A stretch of 64,000 nucleotides of DNA from Lachnospiraceae bacterium (lineage in GTDB: Bacteria; Bacillota; Clostridia; Lachnospirales; Lachnospiraceae). Within the stretch, counting starts at the first letter, position 1. Each line of letters opens with the position of its first letter. The notes beneath the pieces are model-generated. The model did no database searches. It had not been told where the DNA came from and was given only the letters and a program-made list of their open reading frames with translations. Below are positions 1-10,369 of the stretch, one piece after another. The stretch covers positions 27,797 to 91,796 of the forward strand of contig JAFTXG010000006.1 of NCBI GenBank assembly GCA_017461725.1, given 5' to 3'. The translations under genes were made by a program, and so were the position numbers.

Positions 1-6
1 TTCTTT

Positions 7-666
7 TTATTTTTTGACAATCAAATCTTCCTTCGGGATCGCATCGCGCTGAAACTCTCCCAGATGGCTGTCACATCCTGCCGAAACCACCCGCATCTTA
101 CCATCCTCATAGCAAAACGTAGTGACCGACGCGTTTGACACCCAGGAAACACTGTTCATCTCATCCAATGTTTTTCCCTCAAACAGACACATCACTGCCC
201 GGATCAGTGTAGCGTGAGTAGCAACCACAATGGTTTTTCCCTCGTTTTCTTTGGCAATCCGCAAAAGAGCCTCGGAGCCTCGCTTCTGAAGATACTCAAT
301 CGACTCTCCTCCCGGGCATACAACCCGTCCCAGGTTACTCTCCCAGTCCAGGAAAAACTGCTCACCCTTTTCATAATTTTCCTTAAAGCTGACATTTTCC
401 CAGATACCGCAATGAAGCTCCCTCAGATCTTTATCCGTGATTATCTCCATTCCTAAACGGTCAGCAACCGCCTTTCCGGTCCGGTAAGCGCGCTTAAGAT
501 CGCTGGCATACACCTTATCCACCGCATAGGTGTTCACAACGTACTCCGCCGTCTTCTCCGCCTGCGCTATACCCAGCTCGGAAAGCGGACTGTCGGTCTG
601 TCCAATGAACATATGCGTCATGTTTGCCATGCTCTCTCCATGGCGAATCAGCAGTAGTGTGGTCAT
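7..666 (-). CDS. histidine phosphatase family protein (phosphoglycerate mutase-like)
   Basis: N-terminal LLLIRHGES motif typical of the histidine phosphatase superfamily; 219 aa ORF directly downstream of livF. Confidence 0.8.
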   Translation of the reverse strand: MTTLLLIRHGESMANMTHMFIGQTDSPLSELGIAQAEKTAEYVVNTYAVDKVYASDLKRAYRTGKAVADRLGMEIITDKDLRELHCGIWENVSFKENYEKGEQFFLDWESNLGRVVCPGGESIEYLQKRGSEALLRIAKENEGKTIVVATHATLIRAVMCLFEGKTLDEMNSVSWVSNASVTTFCYEDGKMRVVSAGCDSHLGEFQRDAIPKEDLIVKK

Positions 667-685
667 ATCCTATCCTCCCGTATGA

Positions 686-1393
686 TCAGCCGCCCAGATA
701 TGCCTTTCTCACCGAATCATTGTGTAGCAGATTCTTCGCATCGTCGGCCAGAACCACCTGTCCTGTCTCCAGAACATATCCTCTGTCCGCAATGGAAAGT
801 GCCATCTGTGCATTCTGCTCTACCAGCAGAATGGTCGTGCCGGCTTTGTTCAACGTGGTGATTATATCAAAAATTTCCTCAACAAGCAAGGGGGCAAGAC
901 CCATGGAAGGCTCATCCAGCATCAACAATTTGGGCTTTGACATCATCGCACGGCCCATGGCAAGCATCTGCTGCTCACCGCCGGACAGCGTACCCGCCAC
1001 CTGATGGCGGCGCTCCTTCAGTCTGGGAAAACGCTCATATACCAGCTCCATACTATCCTTGATGGTGGAATTGGGCTGGGTGTAAGCACCCATCTCCAGA
1101 TTTTCCTCAACGTCCATATGCAGGAACACGCGTCGACCCTCAGGGACCTGCGCCAGACCGAGGGATACAATCTTATGCGCGGGAACGTGAGCCAGATTCT
1201 GTCCCATAAAGGAGACGGAACCGGTGGTGCTCTTTAACAGACCGGAAATGGTGTGCAGGGTGGTGGTCTTACCTGCGCCGTTAGCACCGATCAGAGAGAT
1301 GATCTCCCCCTCATTTACCTCAAAGCTTACGCCCTTGATGGCATGGATACTTCCATAATATACATTAATATCATTTACTTCAAGCATTGCCAT
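686..1393 (-). CDS. livF: branched-chain amino acid ABC transporter ATP-binding protein LivF
   Basis: Walker A GANGAGKTT, ABC signature LSGGEQQ, 235 aa; last gene of liv cluster. Confidence 0.9.
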   Translation of the reverse strand: MAMLEVNDINVYYGSIHAIKGVSFEVNEGEIISLIGANGAGKTTTLHTISGLLKSTTGSVSFMGQNLAHVPAHKIVSLGLAQVPEGRRVFLHMDVEENLEMGAYTQPNSTIKDSMELVYERFPRLKERRHQVAGTLSGGEQQMLAMGRAMMSKPKLLMLDEPSMGLAPLLVEEIFDIITTLNKAGTTILLVEQNAQMALSIADRGYVLETGQVVLADDAKNLLHNDSVRKAYLGG

Positions 1394-1397
1394 GGTT

Positions 1398-2243
1398 TCA
1401 GCCCTCCTTCTTCTTGCCCAGGTACGCCTCGATTACCGCGGGGTTATTCTGAATCTCCTCGGCGGTTCCCTTGGCGATGATCTTACCATAGTTCAGCACG
1501 GCGATACCCTCGCAGATACCCATGACCAGATTCATATCGTGCTCGATCAGGAGAACAGCGATCTGGAAGGTGTCACGGATCTTGATGATATTGTCCATCA
1601 GCTCGGAGGTCTCGGAAGGGTTCATGCCGGCTGCGGGCTCATCCAGCAGGAGGAGCTTCGGGTTGGTCGCCAATGCGCGGACGATCTCCAGACGGCGCTG
1701 CGCACCGTAGGGAAGGTTTCCTGCCTTGTAGTCCGCCAGGTCCTGCATATCGAAGATGGACAGCAGCTCCAGCGCTCTCTCGTGGGCCTCCTTCTCCGCC
1801 TTCCAGTAGCGGGGCATGCGGAGAACACCCTCGAGGGTGGTATAATTGATGGAGTTGTGCAGACCAAGCTTTACGTTCTCCTCCACCGTCAGATTGTTGA
1901 ACAGACGGATATTCTGGAAGGTACGGGCGATACCGGCCTTATTTACCTCCACGGTGGACATATTGTGAGTATCACGGCCATTGATCAGAATGGTTCCATG
2001 GGTGGGCTCATACACCTTGGTCAGCAGGTTAAATACTGTGGTCTTTCCCGCGCCGTTGGGACCGATCAGACCTGCGATCTCGGTGGGGCCGACGGAAATA
2101 TTGAAATCGTCTACCGCCTTCAGTCCGCCGAAGGTGATTCCCAGATGGGCAGCCACCAGGACGGGCATCTTGCCGGAGTCACGCTCCGGAACAATACCGG
2201 CGCTGGGAATGGGGACCATCTTTGTGTCAAGTCTTGTCGCCAT
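1398..2243 (-). CDS. livG: branched-chain amino acid ABC transporter ATP-binding protein LivG
   Basis: Walker A GPNGAGKTT, C-terminal LivG-type extension, adjacent to livF and livM. Confidence 0.9.
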   Translation of the reverse strand: MATRLDTKMVPIPSAGIVPERDSGKMPVLVAAHLGITFGGLKAVDDFNISVGPTEIAGLIGPNGAGKTTVFNLLTKVYEPTHGTILINGRDTHNMSTVEVNKAGIARTFQNIRLFNNLTVEENVKLGLHNSINYTTLEGVLRMPRYWKAEKEAHERALELLSIFDMQDLADYKAGNLPYGAQRRLEIVRALATNPKLLLLDEPAAGMNPSETSELMDNIIKIRDTFQIAVLLIEHDMNLVMGICEGIAVLNYGKIIAKGTAEEIQNNPAVIEAYLGKKKEG

Positions 2244-3365
2244 TTATTTGCCCTCCTTCTTCGCGGTTTGCCTTACCATTTTCTTTTCCATAGCTGCAGC
2301 TTTTCGGTCTGCAGACTTTTTGTACTGTTTGATTTTGATCTGCTTCAGCCTATCTGCAATAGCAGGATTGTGAGTAACCAGCATGATACCGATCAGAACG
2401 ATAGCATAGGCCAGCATACGGTAATCGCTGAATGCGCGCAGCAGCTCAGGCAACACAGTCAGCAGTGCCGCCGCAATGACGGAACCTCTCATATTGCCAA
2501 GACCGCCCAGAACAACAAATACCAGCACCAGAATAGAGGTATTGAAATCAAACTTGCTGGCCTGCAGTGCGGAATAGTTGGATGCAAACAGTGCTCCAGC
2601 CGCTCCTGCCATGGCTGCGGAAATGACAAATCCCATCATCTTATATTTGGTCACGTTGATGCCGACAGACTCAGCTGCAATACGGTTGTCGCGGAGAGCC
2701 ATGATGGCACGTCCGGACTTACTGTTTACCAGATGGAAAATAATCATCAGGCACAGCAGGATCAGCACGATACCGATGGCAAAGGAATCCACCTTCCTCA
2801 TTCCGGAGAGACCGATGGGGCCGTCAATGAGCATTTTTCCGCCTTCTGCCAGCTCAAACTTTTGCTTGATCATGCTGAAATGCAGACCATTTTCATCCAG
2901 ACCGATATACATATTGGTGATCAAACTCTTGATAATCTCGCCAAACGCCAGCGTAACGATGGCAAGGTAGTCACCGTTCAGACGAAGAACAGGGATACCG
3001 ACCAGCACACCGACGATAGCGGCAAAAATTGCTCCCACCACCAGTGAGATCAGCAGTCGGGGAATCGCGTCAGGGATCACACTCTGAAGCATCATGGAAA
3101 CCACCGCACCTGAGAATGCACCGACGCTCATAAATCCGGCATGACCCAGACTCAGCTCACCCAGAACACCTACGGTCAGGTTCAGGGAGATCGCCATGAT
3201 CACGTACACACAGATGGGAACCAGCAGGCCCTTCAGCAGACTGGATACCATACCTGCCGCCATCAGAATCTCCATGATCACAAATGCAGCGATCACGATA
3301 CCGTATGTAACGAAATTACTTTTTGTTGTCTTATTCAGTGAGATTTTTCTCTGTACATTTTTCAT
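2244..3365 (-). CDS. livM: branched-chain amino acid ABC transporter permease LivM
   Basis: Polytopic hydrophobic permease in liv context; start moved to the internal ATG (MKNVQRK) because it has an AAGGTGA RBS, whereas the ORF-track start is GTG. Confidence 0.8.
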   Translation of the reverse strand: MKNVQRKISLNKTTKSNFVTYGIVIAAFVIMEILMAAGMVSSLLKGLLVPICVYVIMAISLNLTVGVLGELSLGHAGFMSVGAFSGAVVSMMLQSVIPDAIPRLLISLVVGAIFAAIVGVLVGIPVLRLNGDYLAIVTLAFGEIIKSLITNMYIGLDENGLHFSMIKQKFELAEGGKMLIDGPIGLSGMRKVDSFAIGIVLILLCLMIIFHLVNSKSGRAIMALRDNRIAAESVGINVTKYKMMGFVISAAMAGAAGALFASNYSALQASKFDFNTSILVLVFVVLGGLGNMRGSVIAAALLTVLPELLRAFSDYRMLAYAIVLIGIMLVTHNPAIADRLKQIKIKQYKKSADRKAAAMEKKMVRQTAKKEGK

Positions 3366-3375
3366 CGCCGTCACC

Positions 3376-4257
3376 TTACACTTTCTCACTGATCTTCTTG
3401 CCCAGAAGTCCGGTAGGCTTCACCAGAAGGACAACGACTAGGACCATAAACACTACCGCGTCGGAAAGCTCAGTGGAAATATATGCAGCCGCCAGAATCT
3501 CGATCACACCCAGCAGAAGGCCGCCAACAAAGGCCCCGGGAATGGAACCGATACCGCCGAATACCGCTGCCGTGAACGCCTTGATACCGGGCATGGAGCC
3601 GGTGGTCGGAGTCAGATTCGGGTATGCGGAGCAGAGCAGAAAGCCTGCGATGGCCGCCAGCGCGGAACCGATGGCAAAGGTCATAGAGATCGTCGTGTTG
3701 ACATTGATACCCATGAGCTGTGCCGCACCCTTATCCTCGGAGCAGGCGCGCATGGCCTTACCCATCTTACTGTTTCCGGTAAACAGAGACAGCATCAGCA
3801 TGATCACTACACAGGCACCCATGGTGATCAGCGCGATGTAGGAAATCGTCAACTGCCCGTCAAACAGCTTGATCGCGCCGTTTCCAACGACGGAGGGGAA
3901 CACCTTGATATTGGGGGTCCACAGAAGCTGCGCCATATTCTGCAGGAAGTAGCTCATACCGATCGCGGTGATCAGCACAGCCAGTGACGGAGCCTGACGA
4001 AGGGGCTTGTAGGCAAACCGCTCAATGGTCATACCCAGAACCGTACAAACAACCATCGCCAGCAAAATACCGATGATCGGGTTAAGATTAAAACGTGCAA
4101 TTGCAAAAAAGCAGATATACGCTCCCACCATGATGACGTCACCGTGGGCAAAATTCAGCATTTTCGCAATTCCGTACACCATCGTATAGCCCAGCGCAAT
4201 GATCGCATAGATGCTGCCAAGACTAAGTCCGTTTATCACATTGGAAAGAAAAAGCAT
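3376..4257 (-). CDS. livH: branched-chain amino acid ABC transporter permease LivH
   Basis: LivH-like hydrophobic permease; start assigned to the ATG (MLFLSN) preceded by a GAGGTG RBS. Confidence 0.8.
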   Translation of the reverse strand: MLFLSNVINGLSLGSIYAIIALGYTMVYGIAKMLNFAHGDVIMVGAYICFFAIARFNLNPIIGILLAMVVCTVLGMTIERFAYKPLRQAPSLAVLITAIGMSYFLQNMAQLLWTPNIKVFPSVVGNGAIKLFDGQLTISYIALITMGACVVIMLMLSLFTGNSKMGKAMRACSEDKGAAQLMGINVNTTISMTFAIGSALAAIAGFLLCSAYPNLTPTTGSMPGIKAFTAAVFGGIGSIPGAFVGGLLLGVIEILAAAYISTELSDAVVFMVLVVVLLVKPTGLLGKKISEKV

Positions 4258-4347
4258 GGGATACACCTCATCTTATATTTACTGTGAAAGAGGACTGCCG
4301 TTTCGCAGCAGTCCTCTCTGAATGCCTTATTGTGTATGATGTTCAGA

Positions 4348-5484
4348 TCAGTCCAGACCAACGTATACGCCGTTCTGAATTACCATACCCTTAGGGGACT
4401 TGGTAACATAACCGCCAGCCCAGGTCATGTTCTCACCGGTCAGACCGGAGAAGGTCATGGTGTTGAACTGCTCCATCAGCAGGTCATTGATCTGCTCTGC
4501 AGTCATATCTGCGGTAACGCCTGCAGCGGTACAAGCCTGGTAGATCGCATAGATACAGTCATAAGCATCTGCTGCAAACTGGTTGGGAATCTCGTTGTAC
4601 TTCTCCTGATACTTCTTAACAAAGTTAACCGTCTTCTCATCCTGAGCATCTGCGGAGAAGGGAGTCAGCAGCATAACGCCCTCAGCCAGGCTGGTATCAA
4701 AGCCTTCCAGTGCAAGGATACCGTCCATACCGTCTACACCAAAGAATTTAGGTGCGTAATCGATGTCTGCACACTGTCTAAGGATCAACGCTGCAGACTG
4801 ATAATAAATAGGCAGGAACACCAGATCAGCGCCGCTGTTCTTCGCCTCGTTGATCTGTACACTGAAATCGTTCGCCCCCTTGATGAAAGTGGTCTTAGAA
4901 ACAACCTCAAGACCAAGCTCTGCTGCCTTAGCCATGAAGGTGTCATAGATACCCTTGGAATAGTCGATATCGCTCTGGTAGATAACCGCGATCTTGGTGC
5001 CCAGCTTCTGCTCGTAAATATACTGTGCGGATGCAGCACCCTGATTGGAATCTGCGAAGCACATCTGATATACATTATCTTTTCCCTCAGGATAAAGATC
5101 GGTAGATGCGGAAGGGGTCAGTGCGAAAATACGGTCAACGTAGTTCTCGGTGGAAGTAGCCTTACCGGGGTCAGAGGTTACAGAACCCATGGAAATCTGC
5201 ATGCCCCAGTCTTTCAGCGCATTGTAAGCGTTAACTGCCTTCTCTGCATCGTGAGCATCATCCTCATACTTAACAACGAGCTGCAGACCACCCAGAGCGT
5301 TAACTTCCTCGACAGCGATCTCAGCCGCACGCTTAACCGCATTACCATAGATCGCAGCATCACCGGTCAGAGGGCCGGTACCGCCGATCTTGATCTTTCC
5401 TGCGTCGGGATCAGCCTTACCGCAGCCGGCCAAACAGCCAAGGCACATCATCAGTGCCATCATCAGTGCAACAAACTTTTTCAT
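4348..5484 (-). CDS. livJ: branched-chain amino acid ABC transporter substrate-binding lipoprotein
   Basis: Signal peptide with lipobox (LMMCLGCLAGC) and periplasmic binding protein type I fold; start at MKKFVAL with a GGAGGAAAG RBS. Confidence 0.85.
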   Translation of the reverse strand: MKKFVALMMALMMCLGCLAGCGKADPDAGKIKIGGTGPLTGDAAIYGNAVKRAAEIAVEEVNALGGLQLVVKYEDDAHDAEKAVNAYNALKDWGMQISMGSVTSDPGKATSTENYVDRIFALTPSASTDLYPEGKDNVYQMCFADSNQGAASAQYIYEQKLGTKIAVIYQSDIDYSKGIYDTFMAKAAELGLEVVSKTTFIKGANDFSVQINEAKNSGADLVFLPIYYQSAALILRQCADIDYAPKFFGVDGMDGILALEGFDTSLAEGVMLLTPFSADAQDEKTVNFVKKYQEKYNEIPNQFAADAYDCIYAIYQACTAAGVTADMTAEQINDLLMEQFNTMTFSGLTGENMTWAGGYVTKSPKGMVIQNGVYVGLD

Positions 5485-5778
5485 CTTTCTTTCCTCCATA
5501 TTTTACAGATAAAACACAAATCGGTATATTCAACCTTATTTGTATGGAGGCTATTGTAACGTTTTGCTCACAAAATGTCAATGACGATTCCGCCAATTTT
5601 TTACATAAATTTAGTAATTTTATCGTCATTTTAGCGAAAATGTGCAAAACACCGTTAATTTTTCGCTTTTTTTACTCCTTAAGCAAAATTTTCATTCTCA
5701 TTTTCACAGTCACCGTCAGTCTTAGACCATACAATAGGCTCAGTGTTGAATTTTCTTCTGCTATCAGCGGTTTTTCCG

Positions 5779-8700
5779 TCATTTTTTGCAGCGAAGCCGG
5801 TTACAGGCCTCAGCCAGTTTCTCTACACACTCTCCCATCACAAAATAATAATCCAACACCTCGGCATTCTCCACCAGCAAATGACCGCCATATCCGGGAA
5901 TATCGCAGCAGCACACCGGACCATCGGACGCAATCAGGACAGCATATCCTTTTTCAGAAATCACTGCCGGCAGCATTGCCCGATTTCCATAGGAAATATA
6001 GCGGGCTGCACCTTTGAGCGAAAGCTCGGCCTTCGCTCCCGCGCTCAGCGCATAGAGTTCTTCACTCTTTGGCCACTCAAAATACTGCCTCATCTGCGAA
6101 TTTCCCCCCGCTGCTTTCTCCGCCAGCCTGCATTCCTTTGCCCGTTCAGCCAAAAGATGGGCCTTATCCCTGGACATATAGTAAATGCTTCCGCTGGCCT
6201 TGTCCACCTGTATACAGAGTTCGTCTGTCTTTAACTCCAACAGTTTGGGGGATTCCCGGTACATCCACTCACGAATCGGCTTTGTGAGCGCGATCTGAGG
6301 ATGTGCCACCTCAGGGATCAGGTTCCCTCTGGTAAAGGTGACGCGCATGATGCGGCTGTCCACCGGACTGAGCCGCAGTGTTCCGTATGCACTTTTCAAA
6401 TACAATCCATCCGGTCCCTTGGTCACCCAGCGGATCGTCTGATCGGTCTTCGCATGGCCCTGTGCGCGCAGAACTGCCGTGTCCGGCATGCTGCCAAAGG
6501 ATTTGTCGGACATTTCTGCTTTTCTTCCGCTTCCGGAATCTGTCATTCCCACGGTCTTATCGTTTCCAGTCTGTGTCCTCGCCGCTTTCCGCATCAGTTC
6601 AGATTCATTTTGCCGCTCCGCCGCTCTCCGAATCATCCTGGGCCTCGTCACCTGCTGCACGCGCTGTCCCGGTGAACTTTCCTTCCCGCCCGCCGGTCCG
6701 ATTACTTTCCCATCTGTCCGTCCCGATCCGTCTTCCATTCCATCCGCCGGTCCGGCCGCCCCCGGCAGCCTCACACTCTCCTCGGACACCTGGTCCGCAG
6801 TCTGCCCGATCAGCTTCACATACTCTGACTGCACCGGATCTGCGATCAGCCCGGTCAGATCGCCGGTATGCAGCACACACAGCTCGTGGAGGGCACGAGT
6901 CGCCGCCACATAGAGTAACTTGGCATGTCCGTCGTTCACCGGATATTCCTCCCGTGTGGGATCGAGGATCAGCACCGCGTCAAACTCCAGGCCCTTGGTG
7001 TACTCCACCGGCAGAACCATGATGCCGCTTCCGAACGTCGCGGTCTCCGGATCATTCCCCAGTACTTTAACAAATTCTGCCAATTCTTCTGCGGTTTTGT
7101 GCGCAGACTCCCCGTCACGGCAAATCACCGCGATGGTCTCAAGTCCTTTCCGCTGCCATTTCCGGCAAACGGAAGCAGCCTTTTCCACCAGTTTCCGGCG
7201 ATCTTTAATTTCGCAGACAACCGGCGCGTCCCCATGACGGATGATCGGCTCCACCGGATACACCGCAAACCGACCGTGATGAAGGATCTCCGTGGCAAAC
7301 CTGGAAATCTCCACCGTATTCCGGTAACTCTTTTTCAGAATGCCAAAGCTGGCATTATTGTCGTTTATATACAGCTGTTTTAGCTCTTCCCAGTCATTGA
7401 GTCCGTAGCCAAAATGAATATTCTGGGACACGTCACCCATGATGGTGTAGGTACAATCCTTGATACAGTATTTCAGCACCGAGTAGACCATCATGCCGAA
7501 ATCCTGGGCCTCATCGATGACGATGTGGTGCGCCTCACTGATCTCTTCCGTCTCCTTCACCCGCTTATACAGGTATGCCAGCGCTGCCAGATCGTACACG
7601 TCAAAGGCGTTATCCGGAATGTCCACCGGCATGCCCCTGTCGGCCTGCTCCAATAAAAACTCCCGGTAAATCATATAGATGGATTTCTTCCAGCTGCCGG
7701 GACCGTACTTCCCCCGAAATGCCTTCAGGATCGCTCTGCGCTCCGCTGCCGTATACTTGACACCCTTCCCCAGAAATTCATCCTTGATTCTGGTCGTCAG
7801 CTTGTCATTGAGCAGATCAATCTTACTCTGGATGGACAAGGTCGAGTATTGATCAAGATACTCATCCATCCCATTGCCGTCCATGAGAAGGACCATCTGC
7901 TCCGGGTCACCGGGCTTTCCACCGGTCATATCATGGACACCGGTCTTCCCATCCACATACCCTTCCACAAACTGCCTCGGGTTCAGGTAGACCGACTCTC
8001 TGGAGATCGTCGTTCTCTCCAGCCTGCGGCAATACGCTTCCAAATCCTCGAACCACCGCTGACTTCCCTTCACCATGTTCCGGGGATTTTTCGTGTCAGT
8101 GGTCTTAATCCGATATTTCAACTTATCCCAGTCCTCGTACAACAGGCGGACAAACAGCTGCTCCATGGTCATCTGGCGCACGCCGTACACATCCAGATCT
8201 GGCAGCACACCGGTAATGTAATTCAGCAAAAGCTGGTTGCTGCCCACGATATAGAAATCCTCGGGCTTAAACCGCTCCGCATAGTTATATAAAATGTAGG
8301 AAATACGATGCATGGCAACGGTGGTCTTTCCTGAGCCGGCCACACCCTGCACCAGACAATTGTACAGCGGCGATTTTCGGATGATCTCGTTCTGCTCCTT
8401 CTGGATCGTGGCAACAATCTCGCCCAGCACCGCCTGCTTATTCTTAGACAGATACTTGGTCAGAATGTCATCGTTGGCAATGGTCTCCGTGTCGAAAATA
8501 TTCTGAAGCTTTCCATTCTCGATCTCGTAGGTGCGCTTCAGCTTCAGATCGATCCCGATGTTCTCCCCCTTCGGCGAACGGTAGCCTGACTTTCCAAGTC
8601 CGTTCTCATAGTAGACATTTGCCACCGGTGCCCGCCAGTCGATGACCATGGGATGGATCACATCCTTAAAGATGCCGCTTCTGCCGATGTAATAGGTCTC

Positions 8701-9009
8701 CTCGGTGTCCGTCGTCTCATCGTGAAAATCAATCCGCCCGAAGTAAGGCTTTTTCAGAGCCCTCTCGTTGCGCGCCAGCGTACTGCTCAGGAAATCATGC
8801 ATGGTGTAGGCGTTTTCCAGCTCGTTGATCAGCTCCGGGTTATCGTCATGAAAATGAGCCAGCATGGACTCAATGCTGGTTCTCAATTCGGAGACATCCT
8901 CGCTGTACTTGTTTAAATTGTCCTGAACAACGGTCAGAGTGTCCTTTAGCCGCTGCTCCTCCGCCTCCCGGGATGTCCCGGGCAATCCGTTTATCGTCTC
9001 AGCACCCAT
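5779..9009 (-). CDS. helD: HelD-like UvrD-family helicase (DNA helicase IV / RNA polymerase recycling factor type) with a long C-terminal extension
   Basis: HelD-type N-terminal region, Walker A GVAGSGKTT, UvrD motifs (VIDEAQD, YRNT, ATRALHEL). After the helicase core come about 130 aa of low-complexity sequence and a roughly 220-aa domain resembling the N-terminal beta-sandwich of GH31 glycosidases. Start assigned to the internal ATG (MGAETINGL), which has a strong RBS. Confidence 0.8.
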   Translation of the reverse strand: MGAETINGLPGTSREAEEQRLKDTLTVVQDNLNKYSEDVSELRTSIESMLAHFHDDNPELINELENAYTMHDFLSSTLARNERALKKPYFGRIDFHDETTDTEETYYIGRSGIFKDVIHPMVIDWRAPVANVYYENGLGKSGYRSPKGENIGIDLKLKRTYEIENGKLQNIFDTETIANDDILTKYLSKNKQAVLGEIVATIQKEQNEIIRKSPLYNCLVQGVAGSGKTTVAMHRISYILYNYAERFKPEDFYIVGSNQLLLNYITGVLPDLDVYGVRQMTMEQLFVRLLYEDWDKLKYRIKTTDTKNPRNMVKGSQRWFEDLEAYCRRLERTTISRESVYLNPRQFVEGYVDGKTGVHDMTGGKPGDPEQMVLLMDGNGMDEYLDQYSTLSIQSKIDLLNDKLTTRIKDEFLGKGVKYTAAERRAILKAFRGKYGPGSWKKSIYMIYREFLLEQADRGMPVDIPDNAFDVYDLAALAYLYKRVKETEEISEAHHIVIDEAQDFGMMVYSVLKYCIKDCTYTIMGDVSQNIHFGYGLNDWEELKQLYINDNNASFGILKKSYRNTVEISRFATEILHHGRFAVYPVEPIIRHGDAPVVCEIKDRRKLVEKAASVCRKWQRKGLETIAVICRDGESAHKTAEELAEFVKVLGNDPETATFGSGIMVLPVEYTKGLEFDAVLILDPTREEYPVNDGHAKLLYVAATRALHELCVLHTGDLTGLIADPVQSEYVKLIGQTADQVSEESVRLPGAAGPADGMEDGSGRTDGKVIGPAGGKESSPGQRVQQVTRPRMIRRAAERQNESELMRKAARTQTGNDKTVGMTDSGSGRKAEMSDKSFGSMPDTAVLRAQGHAKTDQTIRWVTKGPDGLYLKSAYGTLRLSPVDSRIMRVTFTRGNLIPEVAHPQIALTKPIREWMYRESPKLLELKTDELCIQVDKASGSIYYMSRDKAHLLAERAKECRLAEKAAGGNSQMRQYFEWPKSEELYALSAGAKAELSLKGAARYISYGNRAMLPAVISEKGYAVLIASDGPVCCCDIPGYGGHLLVENAEVLDYYFVMGECVEKLAEACNRLRCKK

Positions 9010-9487
9010 GATCTCACCTTCCTTCCCTATGATTATCTGCAAAAAGCTCCCATCTTTCAGACATCAAAAACAGAGCTTCGCTCCCTGTCTTCAAGACAGG
9101 ACGAACCTCTTTTCCCAACATTTCTTTCGGTTGCTTTGATCGCTCCGGATAATTCACAGATAAAACAGAATCGTTTTCACTCAGATTTCTGACACTGATC
9201 TTGCGGGCAGCTCTCATACCCGCCTCACGCTGTGCAACACGGTACGACTTTCCCCTTTGCTTCATCGTAATCACGGTTACTTCCTCCTGGTAGTTATATT
9301 TTTTAACAGTTCTTCGAATGGTGCGCCTGAACTGTTAAAGCGTCATATCTTGCCAAGTCGGTCTGGCTTTGCCGGATGTTGCCGGCAAATACCGAAGGTA
9401 AAATATTAAGTTAAAATCTTTTTCATTTTAGCATCATGTCTCAATAAAATCAATCAATTTCCGCTTGAATTTTATTGATCTTAACTT

Positions 9488-10369
9488 TTATTGATCTTGA
9501 ACTTTATTAATTTGTTCTCTGACGATACGTCCGTCGATTTCCGCCAGCACATAGGCAGCAAACTGCACCGCAATTCTCGAATCAGCCCAAATCTTATCCT
9601 CTGATGCTTGGACATTCGCTGTCTGGTCCCCAGATGCTTGACTCTCCAGCGATTGACCCTTCATCGTCTCATCTTCTGTCCCATAGCAATTCAGCGCACT
9701 CCGTACAATCCCCCGATATTTTTCCGGCAATGACTTTACTCCCCACTCTCCGCCCGTCTTTTTGGACAGAACCAGTCCCTCTTTCAGATATGCAAGTACC
9801 CGGCAGAGATTCAGGGTCACATAAACAGGATTCTCCAAAATATCCTCACGGGCATTCTCCACATCGTACCAGATGCTGTCAATATAATCGGCTTCTCTGA
9901 CCGCCCCAAAAACTTCCGCGATCTCATCACCGTACAGCGTTTTTCCGAAGGTTCGGGTGATCATCACATGGGCAGCCAGATCCCTGTCAGTGCCATTCAT
10001 TTTGCTTATGTAATCAACGGGATCTTTCTTAAACCAGTTCAGATGTGTCACAGAAAAATGAAGTTCAAAGGGAGTTGGATACACAAATGGATCACAGACT
10101 TCCTTTTTGATGATACTCAGTTCCAGACCCTTCGCAGGCGCATCCACATTGAGCCGCACCACATTCTCCATAAACTCCAGCTTCACTGAATCGGGGATAT
10201 CTCGTTTTACCACCAACAGAAGATCCAGATCGCTCTTTGCCGGATGAAAACAGCCCATCACCGCAGAGCCGTGAAGATAAACGCCGACCAGATTATTTCC
10301 CAGCACTCGCTTGCTCATCTCGGTAAAACGGGAGAGCAGTGCCTCGTATTCGATGGGCAAACGATTCAT
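9488..10369 (-). CDS. aminoglycoside nucleotidyltransferase, ANT(9)/ANT(3'')-like (nucleotidyltransferase domain + DUF4111)
   Basis: GVYLHGS...DLDLLLVV nucleotidyltransferase motif and a C-terminal DUF4111-like region typical of AadA/ANT(9) enzymes; start at MNRLP with a GGGAGGGG RBS. Confidence 0.7.
   Translation of the reverse strand: MNRLPIEYEALLSRFTEMSKRVLGNNLVGVYLHGSAVMGCFHPAKSDLDLLLVVKRDIPDSVKLEFMENVVRLNVDAPAKGLELSIIKKEVCDPFVYPTPFELHFSVTHLNWFKKDPVDYISKMNGTDRDLAAHVMITRTFGKTLYGDEIAEVFGAVREADYIDSIWYDVENAREDILENPVYVTLNLCRVLAYLKEGLVLSKKTGGEWGVKSLPEKYRGIVRSALNCYGTEDETMKGQSLESQASGDQTANVQASEDKIWADSRIAVQFAAYVLAEIDGRIVREQINKVQDQ

Noticed and set aside
1392-3047. 551-aa plus-strand ORF antisense to livG/livM
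   Set aside because: It lies entirely within strongly supported minus-strand ABC transporter genes. The translation is low-complexity with no recognisable motifs. Long antisense ORFs like this are typical of GC-rich coding DNA.
5500-5778. Possible T-box or other leader RNA upstream of livJ
   Set aside because: No T-box consensus (AGGGUGGNACCGCG) or specifier-loop architecture is visible. The region is simply AT-rich promoter DNA.
6378-7022. Several 100-200 aa plus-strand ORFs within the helD 3' region
   Set aside because: These are antisense to the continuous helD reading frame in a GC-rich low-complexity stretch and have no RBS support.
9014-9274. 86-aa minus-strand ORF just upstream of helD
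   Set aside because: It has no family features, overlaps the helD promoter region and has weak start context. It is probably non-coding.
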